A stretch of DNA of 63,469 bases, counting the filler. It is 7 parts of 7 records of this genome, joined end to end, with 100 filler letters (N's around TTAATTAATTAA, not from the genome) between each part and the next. Parts side by side here need not be neighbours in the genome. Positions count along the whole stretch, not along the records: positions 40,725 to 48,351 come from SRR31156797_56782; positions 48,452 to 54,554 come from SRR31156797_56793; 5 more parts are not named here. One strand, 5' to 3'. Numbering within the stretch: position 1 is the stretch's first letter; each line of letters starts with the position of its first letter. The notes below the pieces were generated by a model. It saw only the letters and a program-made list of their open reading frames with translations. It did not search any database and had not been told where the DNA came from. A program made the translations under genes and the position numbers. Below, in pieces: positions 41,302-51,476 of this stretch.

Positions 41302-41571
41302 GATCAGCATGCTCCTTAGGGCGTGAACTATAAAGGAAGGCACTCCGGCACGTCAAGGGAGCATATTCAGCGCCTCTTATCCTTCATTGAGGGACCCATC
41401 CAAATCCCTTTTTTCCACCTTTCGAAAAAATACTTGAATAAATCACGTCTTGCATACTATCCTCATTTTCTTTAAAAACCGATGCAGGGTTCTTGATCAG
41501 GATTCGATTGATCACGGTAATGGAACATTTTGCGCTTCCCTCCGAAGCGCGGAAAACAGGAACGGATTAAG

Positions 41572-42267
41572 ATGCGGATGGGTACGACCATTTTGGCCGT
41601 CATGCTGGCATTGCTGTTTGCCTTTGGCATTTCGAATGCCGAAATAAACATCGAGGACACCCCCCCAAACCCATTGAAAAACCATGCAAAAATTGAGGAA
41701 CCGGATGCCATTGCATTGAATGGGACGGCGGAGATCTTATGTAAAAACGGTCAATATCATGAAGCGATAAAGGTGCTGAACAAAGCCCTCAACGTGGATT
41801 CGGGGTACGCAACCGCCTATTATAATCGGGGGTGGGCCTATTTCCAAATTAAACAATATTATAAGTCCATTGAGGACTTTGATAAGGCCATAGGCCTGGA
41901 ACCGAAATATCTGTTTGCCTATGACATTCCGGATTGGGCCTATTTCAAACTGAAACAATACGCCAGGGCCATTGAGAACTACGATAAAGCCATCGCGTTG
42001 AATCCAAAAAATGCCGAGTATTACTATTACCGTGGTTCCTACTATTCCAAGCTCAAACAGGATACCAAAGCCATTCCGGATTTCGATAAAGCCATCGCGT
42101 TGAATCCAACGCAGGGTCGGGCTTACGCATGGCGAGGTCTTGCCAATATCAGAATAGGGCGGGCAGAACAGGGATGTGCCGATTTGAAAAAAGCTTGTGA
42201 CCTCGGAGAATGCAGAATGTTGGAAGGGGCTTTGGAAAATGGCTTTTGCCGGGATATTGTAAAATAG
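41572..42267 (+). CDS. Secreted TPR protein
   Basis: Signal peptide; repeats AYYNRG..., AIENYDKAIALNP, AIPDFDKAIALNP; terminal GCADLKKACDLGEC. Confidence 0.88.
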   Translation: MRMGTTILAVMLALLFAFGISNAEINIEDTPPNPLKNHAKIEEPDAIALNGTAEILCKNGQYHEAIKVLNKALNVDSGYATAYYNRGWAYFQIKQYYKSIEDFDKAIGLEPKYLFAYDIPDWAYFKLKQYARAIENYDKAIALNPKNAEYYYYRGSYYSKLKQDTKAIPDFDKAIALNPTQGRAYAWRGLANIRIGRAEQGCADLKKACDLGECRMLEGALENGFCRDIVK

Positions 42268-42448
42268 CAGATGAAAAAAAGAAGGGCTGCAAAATGTTTT
42301 GGTTACAAGAAATTCTCAGATTGATTCCAGAAGCTTGAGCTCGCTTGCGTAACGTAAGGGTCCCGGCAAAAAAAATACGGCGCGATCTTGCGCATTTATT
42401 CTTTTGCCGAGGCCCTGGCATGTCCCCGGCTTTTTGCGTTATTCCCAC

Positions 42449-42691
42449 TCAGGCAATTTCGTATTCCGCCGAAACGAATTTGTCGGTATCGACTTCATCC
42501 ATCATATCCGTGATGAATTCGGACTCGTCATCCGGAAGGTCCTTAAGTGTAGATTCGATCCTGTCCAGATAAGACGCTTCCATTTTTGGGATATGGACGC
42601 TTCCGTTCTCAGCGCCCTCCCGTAGAATTTCCACGGTCTTTAGAGCGGCTTTGACCCCCTCCCCCCATAAGTAGCTGTATTTTGGTTTCAA
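42449..42691 (-). pseudogene. Probable C-terminal remnant of a methanol:corrinoid methyltransferase (MtaB-like)
   Basis: AALKTVEILRE...E.SYLDRIESTLKDLPDDESEFITDMM...KF...EY resembles MtaB C-termini as I recall them. No upstream gene body is present. Confidence 0.45.
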
Positions 42692-43062
42692 ATGGGTAGG
42701 ATATCATGGGGTTTTTCGGGTAGATTTTCGTAAAAATCAACAATCTACTTCGACGCCAATCAAAACTGACCCACCAATTTTTTCATATTTCTGATTTGGA
42801 CTGCTGACTCGAAAAGATTTCAAAGTGAAAGGATTGAATTTACTTCCCTGGATTTTTGTGGAAGATCTTTCTTCGGCTTTGGTTCTTATTGCTGGGATAT
42901 GGTTTTCAGGGATGGATATTGATTCGTTCCGAGATAGGCGATCATTAATTGTGTTGTTCTTAGGTGCGAATCCAGCCATAAGCACATGATATTTAATACA
43001 TTTATATGTAAAAATTGATGATTTTTCAAGGCGATTAGAGGAGACGGAAATGGCCAAAGAAA

Positions 43063-43094
43063 GGGTCCCGAACTCAGGAAGTGATAGCGCCCCC
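43063..43094 (-). promoter_or_regulatory. Bacterial SECIS-like hairpin
   Basis: After UGA (43097-43095) the RNA reads GGGGGCGCUAUCACU-UCCUG-AGUU-CGGGA-CCC. The G-containing apical loop is about 21 nt downstream of the UGA. Confidence 0.6.
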
Positions 43095-44075
43095 TCAGGT
43101 AAAACCCGCCCCCGCCGTACAGGTATAACAATGATCCGCCACGGCAATGGCACTCCCCGGCCGCGGTGGACCGGCCATTTCGGACACATGAATCTTCTGT
43201 TTGCCCATGTGAAGTCCTCCGGCCAGATTGAAATCGCAATCGTAGAAATATCCGTCCCATGAAACGGAAACCAGGGTTCTGCACATGAGCCCGTCAATGG
43301 CACAGGCATTGAAAGTTGAGGTGAGTCGTTCAAAATACGATTCAAGATTCCCCGTTTTTTCAAGCCAAGCGCGGAATCTTCCCAAAGGGACATTGGCAAA
43401 AGAGAAGAGACTGTTAAAAACAATGCCCCATTTTTTCATAAGCACGTCACGAAATCTCTTTGCCGACTGCTCCTGGGGGGGAGGCAAGAATGCCCCCGCG
43501 GGATTACACACGAGATCCAGCGCCAGCCCTGTTTCAAACCGTCCGTAGCCCATCCCATTGAGTTTTTGAAGGGCATGGATGCTCTTTTGAAAAATGCCGT
43601 CTCCCCTCTGGGAATCCGCTTGCGCTTCGTTAAGGGATGGTAAAGAAGCAACAATGCGGACGCGCTTGTCCCTTAATAAATCCATCAATTGATCCCGCTC
43701 TCCAAGGTCCAAAGCCGTCAAATTGGATCGGAACATGAGCTTCCGGGTCATGGGGGAGAGACCTTTGATGAGTCTTGAGATATTCGGATTCAGCTCGGGG
43801 GCCCCACCGGTGATATCGATGGTATCAAAACGGTTCCTTTCGGCGTAATGGATAACGGCCTCCGCCGTTTCCAAATCCATATTCTCTTTTCGATCAGGCC
43901 CCGCATTCAAATGACAGTGGCGACAGGTCTGATTGCACAGGAGACCCACATTGACTTGAAGGGTCGTGGTTTTTCCCCGTTCCAGATTGAGGCCGTGCCT
44001 GAAAAGGGTCTGTTGGAAAGGCTCCGGCGCCCTTTTGGGCAGCCCGGTTTCCCGGGAAACATCATCACCATTCAT
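43074..44075 (-). CDS. arsS: Arsenosugar biosynthesis radical SAM (seleno)protein ArsS, with probable Sec at TGA 43095-43097
   Basis: TLQVNVGLLCNQTCRHCH, DITGGAPELNP, LMCRTLVSVSWDG.FYDCDFN. The C-terminus HCYTCTAGAGFT-TGA-GGAITS* aligns with the family's CTAGxGSSCGG. Confidence 0.85.
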
Positions 44076-44090
44076 GGCCCTCGACCTCCT

Positions 44091-44423
44091 TTACATGGAG
44101 AGCTTTTGAGCGATATTGCGCATTTGCACACCGTGGACCAGAGATGCCCCACCCCTGATCGCCGTCACCACATGGGCTGCCTCGGTCATTTCTTCTAAAT
44201 TAGATCCTTTCTCCAGACATGATTGGGTGAAGGCATCAATGCAGTAGGGGCATTGAACGGTATGGGCCACCGCGAGAGCGATCAGCGCTTTCTCCCGCTC
44301 GCTCAAAGCACCTTCCGCGAATACGGCATTGTAATAGTCAAAGAATTTCTCGGCTAACTCGGGGGCCTGCTGCCCCATTTGGGGAAATTTGGGTAAATCT
44401 TCCGGTTTGTAGTAGGTTTCCAC
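44091..44423 (-). CDS. Arsenosugar biosynthesis-associated peroxidase-like protein (AhpD/CMD family)
   Basis: GTG start after AGGAG; GALSEREKALIALAVAHTVQCPYCID; adjacent to arsS. Confidence 0.85.
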   Translation of the reverse strand: METYYKPEDLPKFPQMGQQAPELAEKFFDYYNAVFAEGALSEREKALIALAVAHTVQCPYCIDAFTQSCLEKGSNLEEMTEAAHVVTAIRGGASLVHGVQMRNIAQKLSM

Positions 44424-44559
44424 GATAGATCTCCTGTTTTTGATTTTATCCATAATCCGCGATTAGGAGTTAGCTTAAAAATCGCACTAACTTACATGAT
44501 TTTCCCGATGCGACGGCGGTATACCCCCCGAATGCTCCTCTCAAGGCCGCCACCCCCTT

Positions 44560-46014
44560 TCATTCTTCCCCGCACCCTCTCCCTTTAAGATGAAAAAAGA
44601 ACTTCAACCCTTTTCTGACCTTATGGGAAAAGATCTTTGGTGAAAGGTAGGCGCCGGCCACACGCTTGTTGATCTCCCCGAGGGTTGGATAGGGATGAAT
44701 GGCGGAAGCCAGGGTGGACAATTTCACCTTTCCGTTCAGGACGGCAACCCATTCGCCCAGCAACTCCCCTGCTTGAGGCCCGAGGATTTGTACCCCCATG
44801 GGTTTTTCGTCCTTGTCCAGGAGCATCTTAATCTTTCCAACGCCCTCCCCTTCCGCAAGACTCCTGTCGTTGTCCTCGAAAGTCTCCGTAAAGACGGTGT
44901 ATTCCATTCCGGCCGCCGTCGCGCGCTTCTCATTCATCCCGATACTGGCAAGCTCGGGATCGGTAAAGGTACACCACGGCAAAAACGTATAATCGACTTT
45001 TCGGGGGATATGAAAAATGGCATTACCCACCACAATGCCCCCCTCGTAACCGGCGGCATGGGTGAATTGAAAAGCGCCCGTTACATCTCCCGCCGCGTAG
45101 ATGTGCTTATGGGTAGTTCGCATCCGCTCATCCACCTTGATGCCCCGGCGATCCAATTCAACGCCGATTGCTCTAAGATTGAGCCCCTCCACATTTGGAT
45201 TTCGGCCCATGGCCACAAGAATTTGCTCGACTTTAAGGGTGGTGGTTTTGCCCGATTTATCCTTGAAGCGAATTTCTCTTTCGCGCCCCAGATCTTTTAC
45301 ATGGAGAATCGAAGCATTCAGATGAACGGCAACACCTTCGGCGCACAGGACCTGCATAATGCCATCGGCCATGTCCTTGTCCTCCTTGCTGAGAATCTGT
45401 CCACTCCGCTGAATAACGGATATTTTTGTTCCCAGGCGACAAAAAGCCTGGGCCATCTCCATGGCGATGGGCCCTGCGCCCAGAACAACCATGGATTCAG
45501 GGAGCCTATCCAGAAAGAACAGCGCCTTGTTGGTCATATGGGGGGTTTTATCCAACCCCGCAATGGGAGGGATACCCGGTGACGAGCCGGTGGCAATAAC
45601 CCAGGTTTTTGCGGAAACGGTCTTCCCCTTTAATCGGATGCCATGCTCATCAGAGAAAGCGGCGTCTCCAAATTCCACTTTGGCGCCAAGGCTGCAGAAC
45701 CTCTCTTCCGAATCATGTTTTTGAATGGTTGAGATTACCGATTGGATTCTCTCTTTTACTTTTCCAAAATCGACCGGGGGCACTTCCACTTTAGGAAGCC
45801 CCAATGCGGAAGGGTTTTTCATGGTGTGATAGGCTTGTGCGGTGCGGATCAGGGTCTTGCTCGGCACACACCCGAAGTGAAGGCAATCACCACCCAGAGC
45901 CTTCTCTTTTTCCACAAGGAGGGTTTTGGCACCCAACCGGGCCGCACCGGACGCCACGGTCAGGCCTGCCGCCCCTCCCCCGATAATACCGATGTCATAG
46001 TCGTATGTGGCCAT
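44560..46014 (-). CDS. Class I pyridine nucleotide-disulfide oxidoreductase (MerA/Lpd-like)
   Basis: GGGAAG, GGDCLHFGCVPSK, FTHAA, HPYPT. No C-terminal CC pair. Confidence 0.88.
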   Translation of the reverse strand: MATYDYDIGIIGGGAAGLTVASGAARLGAKTLLVEKEKALGGDCLHFGCVPSKTLIRTAQAYHTMKNPSALGLPKVEVPPVDFGKVKERIQSVISTIQKHDSEERFCSLGAKVEFGDAAFSDEHGIRLKGKTVSAKTWVIATGSSPGIPPIAGLDKTPHMTNKALFFLDRLPESMVVLGAGPIAMEMAQAFCRLGTKISVIQRSGQILSKEDKDMADGIMQVLCAEGVAVHLNASILHVKDLGREREIRFKDKSGKTTTLKVEQILVAMGRNPNVEGLNLRAIGVELDRRGIKVDERMRTTHKHIYAAGDVTGAFQFTHAAGYEGGIVVGNAIFHIPRKVDYTFLPWCTFTDPELASIGMNEKRATAAGMEYTVFTETFEDNDRSLAEGEGVGKIKMLLDKDEKPMGVQILGPQAGELLGEWVAVLNGKVKLSTLASAIHPYPTLGEINKRVAGAYLSPKIFSHKVRKGLKFFFHLKGRGCGEE

Positions 46015-46038
46015 CTCGCTTCCCCTCCTTTTTTGTGG

Positions 46039-46338
46039 CTATGGGCCATTGAGAGACCAATCATAGTGGAGATAATCAACTTTGATTTGCGGCTGTTTTC
46101 TTTTCAATGCCGTTAAAAGTTCTCCCTTGGCATATTTCAGAAAAAATCCCACGATGTCATTGTTGAAATCATCGGAGTACCACTTAAATATGCGGCTCAC
46201 ATAAAGGGTGTTCCCTAATTCGGCATAAGGCCGATGATCCACCATGGGACCGGGCCAGGCGGTTGTCACCAACCCCTTATGGGCACATGATAAGCAAAGA
46301 CCTAGAAAGACAAGCATTATCCATCTTTGAGTCTTCAT
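46039..46338 (-). pseudogene. DUF547-like lipoprotein with a large in-frame internal deletion
   Basis: The N-terminal ...VDHRPYAEL is joined directly to the C-terminal GNTLYVSRIFKWY...YLHYDWSLN. The central core is missing. Confidence 0.6.
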
Positions 46339-46537
46339 GATCGGCTCCCTCAAACACCGGATATGGCGCCGAAAACCCCTATCTCCGTAAAATTATGAGG
46401 TGTTTTCTTTACCATGTTATACAATTATGATCCATTATTCCATATGTAAAGCGGGAAGGCGGAAGACAACATCGGATTTTTTCCAGCATTTTGGTGTTGG
46501 CCCATTCCTTTTCTCTTTCAACCAAAATTTTGAAAAC

Positions 46538-46553
46538 CGGCACGCCAGTTGCT
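46538..46553 (+). promoter_or_regulatory. Sigma54 (-24/-12) promoter upstream of the MCP
   Basis: CGGCACGCCAGTTGCT has exact GG-N10-GC spacing and matches TGGCACG-N4-TTGCW. Confidence 0.65.
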
Positions 46554-46779
46554 TACACAAGATCCGGCTGAAGTGATTTTCCACGAAAGGGAACGGTAAT
46601 TTCCATCACAAGCCCATCACGCACCAAAAGATGCCGGCATTGATTCAAAATATTGGCGGGAAAGGAACCAAAGTTTTGACGCTTGAAGGATCTGACTTTC
46701 AAATTGGAAGTCCTCACCCCAAAAAAAGTATGTCCCCAACCAACTGTAGCCCGATTCTTCAATAGAAGGAGGAGAACAT

Positions 46780-48351
46780 ATGAGGTTTTCTTTATCTGAT
46801 TCAATCGGAAAAAAAATTTTTACGCTGGTCGCTATTCCGGTAATCGGCTGTTTGATTATCACGGTTATCGGATTCGTATCCCTAAAGGTTGTAGACCGGG
46901 CACTCCTGATAAATCGATCCGAACGCGATCATACGGTCAATATTTATCAGGCCGAGCGTTTTTTTGGGGAGTATTTAAGAACCGGAGATCCGGAATCTTA
47001 TAACAAATTCGTTAGACACTTGGAAATCGCCATGAAAATGAGTGACATTTTTGGATCAATTAGCAAGGATCTGAAGGCGAAGCCAAAAGCTGCAATAGCG
47101 GAAAACATGGCCCATTGGTTCCCTTCCGTGGACGACGACCAAGCCCTCGACATCGTAACCATTGTAGATCTTCTCTCATCCCAGCCGTTGGTTAACGCGC
47201 TGGAGGAGATTGCGCTAAAAGGGAACGCATTGACAGTCCAATTGCTGTCATCGGCTCAAAAATATACAAAAACCGAAGATGGGGATGAACGAAAAGCGTT
47301 ATTGGCGAATATCGATCACATCATCGAAGAAATGGACCATGCGGCTGCAATGTTTTCCGCAGGTGTGGGAAAGCTGTCGGCATGGGCTGTCTCCATGACG
47401 AAAGGGATACTATGGATCGCCCTCATATTACTTCTCATCATCTGTATCGCTTTTTCAACGGTAACGGTTAGATCGATCATCAGACCCCTCAATGCAGTGG
47501 TCGATTTTGCCGGGCGGGTGGCGAAGGGAGAATTGAGCGAACGGCTTAGAATCGAATCCAGGGATGAGATAAAGGTGCTGGCCGACGCCTTTAATCAGAT
47601 GGTCGACAGTTTGCAGCAAACCGTGACGCAAATGGAGAATTATCTCAATAACGCGCCCATGCCGGTCATAGCGGTCGATCGGCGGTTTAATATTCAATTC
47701 GTTAACCAGAAAGGCGCGGAATTGGCGAAAACGACCATGGACAATGCCATGGGGAAAAAATGCTATGACCTTTTCAAAACCGAACATTGCAATACGGCCG
47801 AGTGTCGTGTGGGTCGGGCCATGGAACAAAAAAGGATCACCTCGGGACAGACCGTACTGCCCGGCGCAGGGGATATGCCCATCCAATATATCGGTACGCC
47901 GCTGTTGGATACGTCCGGTAATGTGAACGGGGGCGTGGAATATATCATTGATGTGAGTGAACTCAAAGAGATTGAACAGGCTCTTCAGAGCGCCAATGAT
48001 TTCCTTCAAGTGCAGATCGGGGATGCCACAAGAAATATTACAACGGCGACCCGTGAAATCCTGGCCTCCACCAGCGAACAGGCCGCCGCGGCCAGTGAAC
48101 AGGCGGCGGCCGTGAACCAGACCTCCAGTACCGTGGACGAGGCCCGCCAGACCGCGCAACAGTCGGCGGAACGGGCCCAACAGGTGGCCAGGGTGGCGCA
48201 GGAATCTTCCAAGGAGGCCGATGGGGGGTTCACAGCTGTGGAAAATACTTTGGAAGGTGTCAGCCGCATCAAGGAACAGGTGGAAAGCATTGCGCAAAAC
48301 ATTCTCTTCCTGAGTGAAAAAACCCAGCAGATCGGGGAAATCATCGAAACG
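46780..48351 (+). CDS. Methyl-accepting chemotaxis protein with HAMP and PAS domains (3' partial)
   Basis: AGGAGG RBS, two TMs, HAMP (RDEIKVLADAFNQM), PAS with CYDLFKTEHCNTAEC, MCP coil (LSEKTQQIGEII). Confidence 0.88.
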
Positions 48352-48451
48352 NNNNNNNNNNNNNNNNNNNNNNNNNNNNNNNNNNNNNNNNNNNNTTAAT
48401 TAATTAANNNNNNNNNNNNNNNNNNNNNNNNNNNNNNNNNNNNNNNNNNNN
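48352..48451. other. Artificial contig spacer
   Basis: N44-TTAATTAATTAA-N44. Confidence 0.98.
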
Positions 48452-48771
48452 AAAAAGGAAAAGGCAATGTTCTGGTCATGGCCGTCATGGTCGGCCTGGT
48501 TCCGTGTCCGGGCGTTGTCCTGGTGCTTCTATTCTGCCTGTCCCTGGGTATTATGGGTGTGGGCCTGCTAATGGCTCTCGCCCTGACCTTGGGTATGGCT
48601 GTAACAATTTCTTTGATTACTCTTATTGTTTCCGCGAGTAAACAAGCCGCGTCGGGCTTATTGACCCGGTATGAAAAGGCCGCGGTACTATTTGAAAAAG
48701 GAATGGAACTGGCCGCGTCCCTGGCCGTGCTGTCGTTGGGACTTATTTTTCTTACCGCCTCGCTGTCCTGA
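48452..48771 (+). CDS. RcnA/NicO-type Ni/Co transporter, C-terminal part (5' partial)
   Basis: GLVPCPG motif and LGMAVTIS TM segments. Confidence 0.7.
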
Positions 48772-49203
48772 TTATAAGCCGAGAACAAAAGTCTGCAGCG
48801 CGTTGTAACCGGTGTACATCTGCACCAGAGCAATCAGGACGACCAGAAGGTTGTTCAGGCCGTGAAGCATGGGCAGAACGATTCTCTTTTTTTTACGCCT
48901 ATCCATATATATGCCCGATATTAGGCCGAACAGTACGAACGGGATCATTGACAGCCCTAAATACGCGTGAATGCCGGTCACGAAAAAACCTTGCCAGTAT
49001 AGACGGGCGATTACCAGGCCGCCGATCATTCCCAGCAGCCAACCGGCCAGGATTATCTGTCCGAAACGCGTGTGTCTCTTCCAGTTAAAGGAAGTCTTTT
49101 GTTTAAGATGTAAAAATCGAAACCGCTGAAAACCCAGGTACAGAATGTAAAAAGAGGCAATCGTTACCAAGGCCTGGAAGGCGGGATGTATATGCAGCAG
49201 CAA
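48772..49203 (-). CDS. DUF4079-like four-TM protein with His residues (possible cytochrome b)
   Basis: HPAFQ, WKRH, GIHAYLG and LHGLNN place His residues in four TMs. Confidence 0.6.
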   Translation of the reverse strand: MLLHIHPAFQALVTIASFYILYLGFQRFRFLHLKQKTSFNWKRHTRFGQIILAGWLLGMIGGLVIARLYWQGFFVTGIHAYLGLSMIPFVLFGLISGIYMDRRKKKRIVLPMLHGLNNLLVVLIALVQMYTGYNALQTFVLGL

Positions 49204-49276
49204 ATCAAAATACCTCTACCGATAAATAGTCGATTCGCGGGAGCAGGCGTTTTATACCCGCTCCCTGCAAAAACTT

Positions 49277-49762
49277 TTAAAAATCATGCACCAAAATAAA
49301 ATCGTTCCTGGCCCGTGTTCCGTGACATGAGATGCAGCCTTTTACTTTACCTGCCTTATCAGCTTTGCCTTCCACAGTATATTTTACCCAGTACCAGTCG
49401 CCGTCGTCGGGATTGAAACCTTTGACTTTGTACATGACGGTGACCGCGGCCAGGGTTTTCTTATCCTTCGTGTAGCTGTCCTTCACCTGGATGCTGCCAT
49501 AAGGGACAGGGGTTTTTTCGGCTTTAAGCAATATGTCGTTGACATAAATTCTATGAAAAGGTCCATGAGGCGCCCGGCCTGGCTGCATGCCGCTATGATC
49601 CGGCCACATACCCCACTTCTGATACGGCGATGTTTCAGTGATGTATTTCCACAGGGCGCCGGCGTCAGCGCCGGGCATGTCTTCGGCCGCGATATATTGC
49701 GGGGAGGCAGCCGTAAAAACGCAAACCAATGCGACTAAACAAGCTGATAATGCTTTCCTCAT
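49277..49762 (-). CDS. Cytochrome P460 family protein
   Basis: Signal peptide, PHG, GSIQVKD (candidate cross-link Lys), VMYK...GDWYW, C-terminal CISCH. Confidence 0.8.
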   Translation of the reverse strand: MRKALSACLVALVCVFTAASPQYIAAEDMPGADAGALWKYITETSPYQKWGMWPDHSGMQPGRAPHGPFHRIYVNDILLKAEKTPVPYGSIQVKDSYTKDKKTLAAVTVMYKVKGFNPDDGDWYWVKYTVEGKADKAGKVKGCISCHGTRARNDFILVHDF

Positions 49763-50004
49763 ACCAAAAACTCCTTTTGATTATTATTGAAATAATTAAC
49801 TGTTAGATGACCGTGGTAATGCGTTCATTATTATGTTGATAAATAATTCCCTTAAGAGAATATCACACGACCGCCGACCTCGCCACTTGCCGGGGAAAGA
49901 GATGATTGCAATAGGCCGTCTTTTTCCTGGGAAAATTCCAATCCAAAAAATGACGCTTTCTTATTATAGCGGCGCCCACCTGTGGGCGCAGGTTTGCCTC
50001 CCGG

Positions 50005-50685
50005 TTATGCCCCCTCGGTCCCTCTAAGCCAATACCAACCGGGAAACCAAAAGCTGAATGCTATAAGGGCGGTTATTATCGGCCAGCCTGATAAAAGCCG
50101 AAGAGTCAAAAAGGCTTCCATTGAAAGGTATAGTTGAGCGGGTACTAAAACCAACGCCATTAAAAGGAATGCTCCCCCCCAAACTGCGGTAAGAATTATC
50201 CACGCCTGTTTATACTGCCGGGTTTGGCGAAAATCATTATCAAACCTGTCCGGCCCCATGGTGTCTTCAGCCAGAAGCTGGAGGAGAGGCCTGGAAATGG
50301 CAATTGATGACAAAAAGACCAGCCCATAAGCGGCGCGTTCAATAGCCGCCGAAGCCAGGTAGAAAAACGGGCTGTTGGTAATTATGGTAATAATTATTTG
50401 GATTACCGCCATTATAGCCGCCAGTACGGCTATTATGTCTATTTTTCTCGAGCGGAGATACACGGCGCCGACGACAGCCAGGCCCCACGATCCGGCCAAT
50501 ACGGCGCCTACCAGTGGGCGGCCGTGTCTATGGAAAATATAGAAAATTAAAAGAGGGATCACTCCGCTGCGAATAAACTTGCCCAACGGAAAGTTGCCTA
50601 CAAACAGTGAGATCCAGGTCTGTTTCTTCTGGTCGTCCGCCGGCGTCTTCAGTATTTGTGGAGGTTTATCCGTCATGTATTTCAT
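50005..50685 (-). CDS. Membrane protein (VC0807/DUF3159-like)
   Basis: Multiple TMs; SIAISRPLLQ, LTAVWG and GWP. Confidence 0.55.
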   Translation of the reverse strand: MKYMTDKPPQILKTPADDQKKQTWISLFVGNFPLGKFIRSGVIPLLIFYIFHRHGRPLVGAVLAGSWGLAVVGAVYLRSRKIDIIAVLAAIMAVIQIIITIITNSPFFYLASAAIERAAYGLVFLSSIAISRPLLQLLAEDTMGPDRFDNDFRQTRQYKQAWIILTAVWGGAFLLMALVLVPAQLYLSMEAFLTLRLLSGWPIITALIAFSFWFPGWYWLRGTEGA

Positions 50686-50907
50686 TCTCCGTTTTTTATG
50701 GTCGGGTTAAGGCGGATTGCGGGCGCAGTTAAATACAAAATCCGCCGCATGATCTCCGTTCCAATTTTATCAAGGATGATAATGTAGGCCATTAAACCAG
50801 CAAGAACTTCAGTTGTCAAAAACAATACTATACCCCGGTAAAACTAATGACAGTGACAAAAAAGGCGTGGAAGGATATAATCGATTCTAAAAAGAGGCGG
50901 TGACAAG

Positions 50908-51411
50908 ATGACTGGCAGTGAAAAGGCTGATTGGCGTTTGGCCGCGGCTTGTGGATTGTTCTGCAGGGCATGCAGCTTATATATCGGGACGACTGAAGAG
51001 CCGGCCCGGCTGGCAGCGATAGCGGATAGATTCGGGATGGCGGTCGAAGATGTGAAGTGCACGGGGTGCCGGTCGGATCAAATAGGGTTTTACTGCCGTC
51101 AATGCAAGATGAAGCTATGCACGGCTGAAAAGGGGATTGATTTCTGTAATGAATGTGAGACGTATCCTTGCGATGAATTAAAGGAGTTTCAGGCTGAAAG
51201 ACCCCACAGGATAGAATTATGGGAAAACCTGGCCCGGATAAAAGAAGCGGGATATGAGCATTGGTTTGACGAGATGCTGGATCATTACGCCTGCCCGGAG
51301 TGTCGAACGCTTAATTCGGCATATGATATCAAATGTCGTAAATGCGGGGCGAAGCCCGGTTCCAATTATGTGACCGTGAATATGGAAGAAATGAAAAAAT
51401 TTGAAAATTGA
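50908..51411 (+). CDS. DUF3795-family Cys-rich protein
   Basis: AACGLFCRAC, CTGCRS, CNECETYPC and a C-terminal CPEC..CRKCG. Confidence 0.8.
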   Translation: MTGSEKADWRLAAACGLFCRACSLYIGTTEEPARLAAIADRFGMAVEDVKCTGCRSDQIGFYCRQCKMKLCTAEKGIDFCNECETYPCDELKEFQAERPHRIELWENLARIKEAGYEHWFDEMLDHYACPECRTLNSAYDIKCRKCGAKPGSNYVTVNMEEMKKFEN

Positions 51412-51476
51412 TGGCAACATGTCGGATTTTGGAATGGGGCGGCGACAAGGGCATGGAAATGTTGAAAGGATAATAA

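Noticed and set aside
41981-42109. 26-bp direct repeat CGATAAAGCCATCGCGTTGAATCCAA as a CRISPR or mobile-element signature
   Set aside because: The copies are about one TPR unit (34 codons) apart within a TPR gene, so this is a coding duplication.
42737-43423. 228-aa and 132-aa minus-strand ORFs overlapping the arsS 3' end
   Set aside because: Alternative frames running into AT-rich intergenic DNA, with no motifs.
44695-45582. 295-aa + strand ORF, and similar long antisense ORFs (6417-7220, 47455-48297)
   Set aside because: Shadows of well-supported genes on the opposite strand.
44560-46014. Mercuric reductase merA
   Set aside because: No C-terminal vicinal Cys pair, no NmerA domain and no mer genes nearby.
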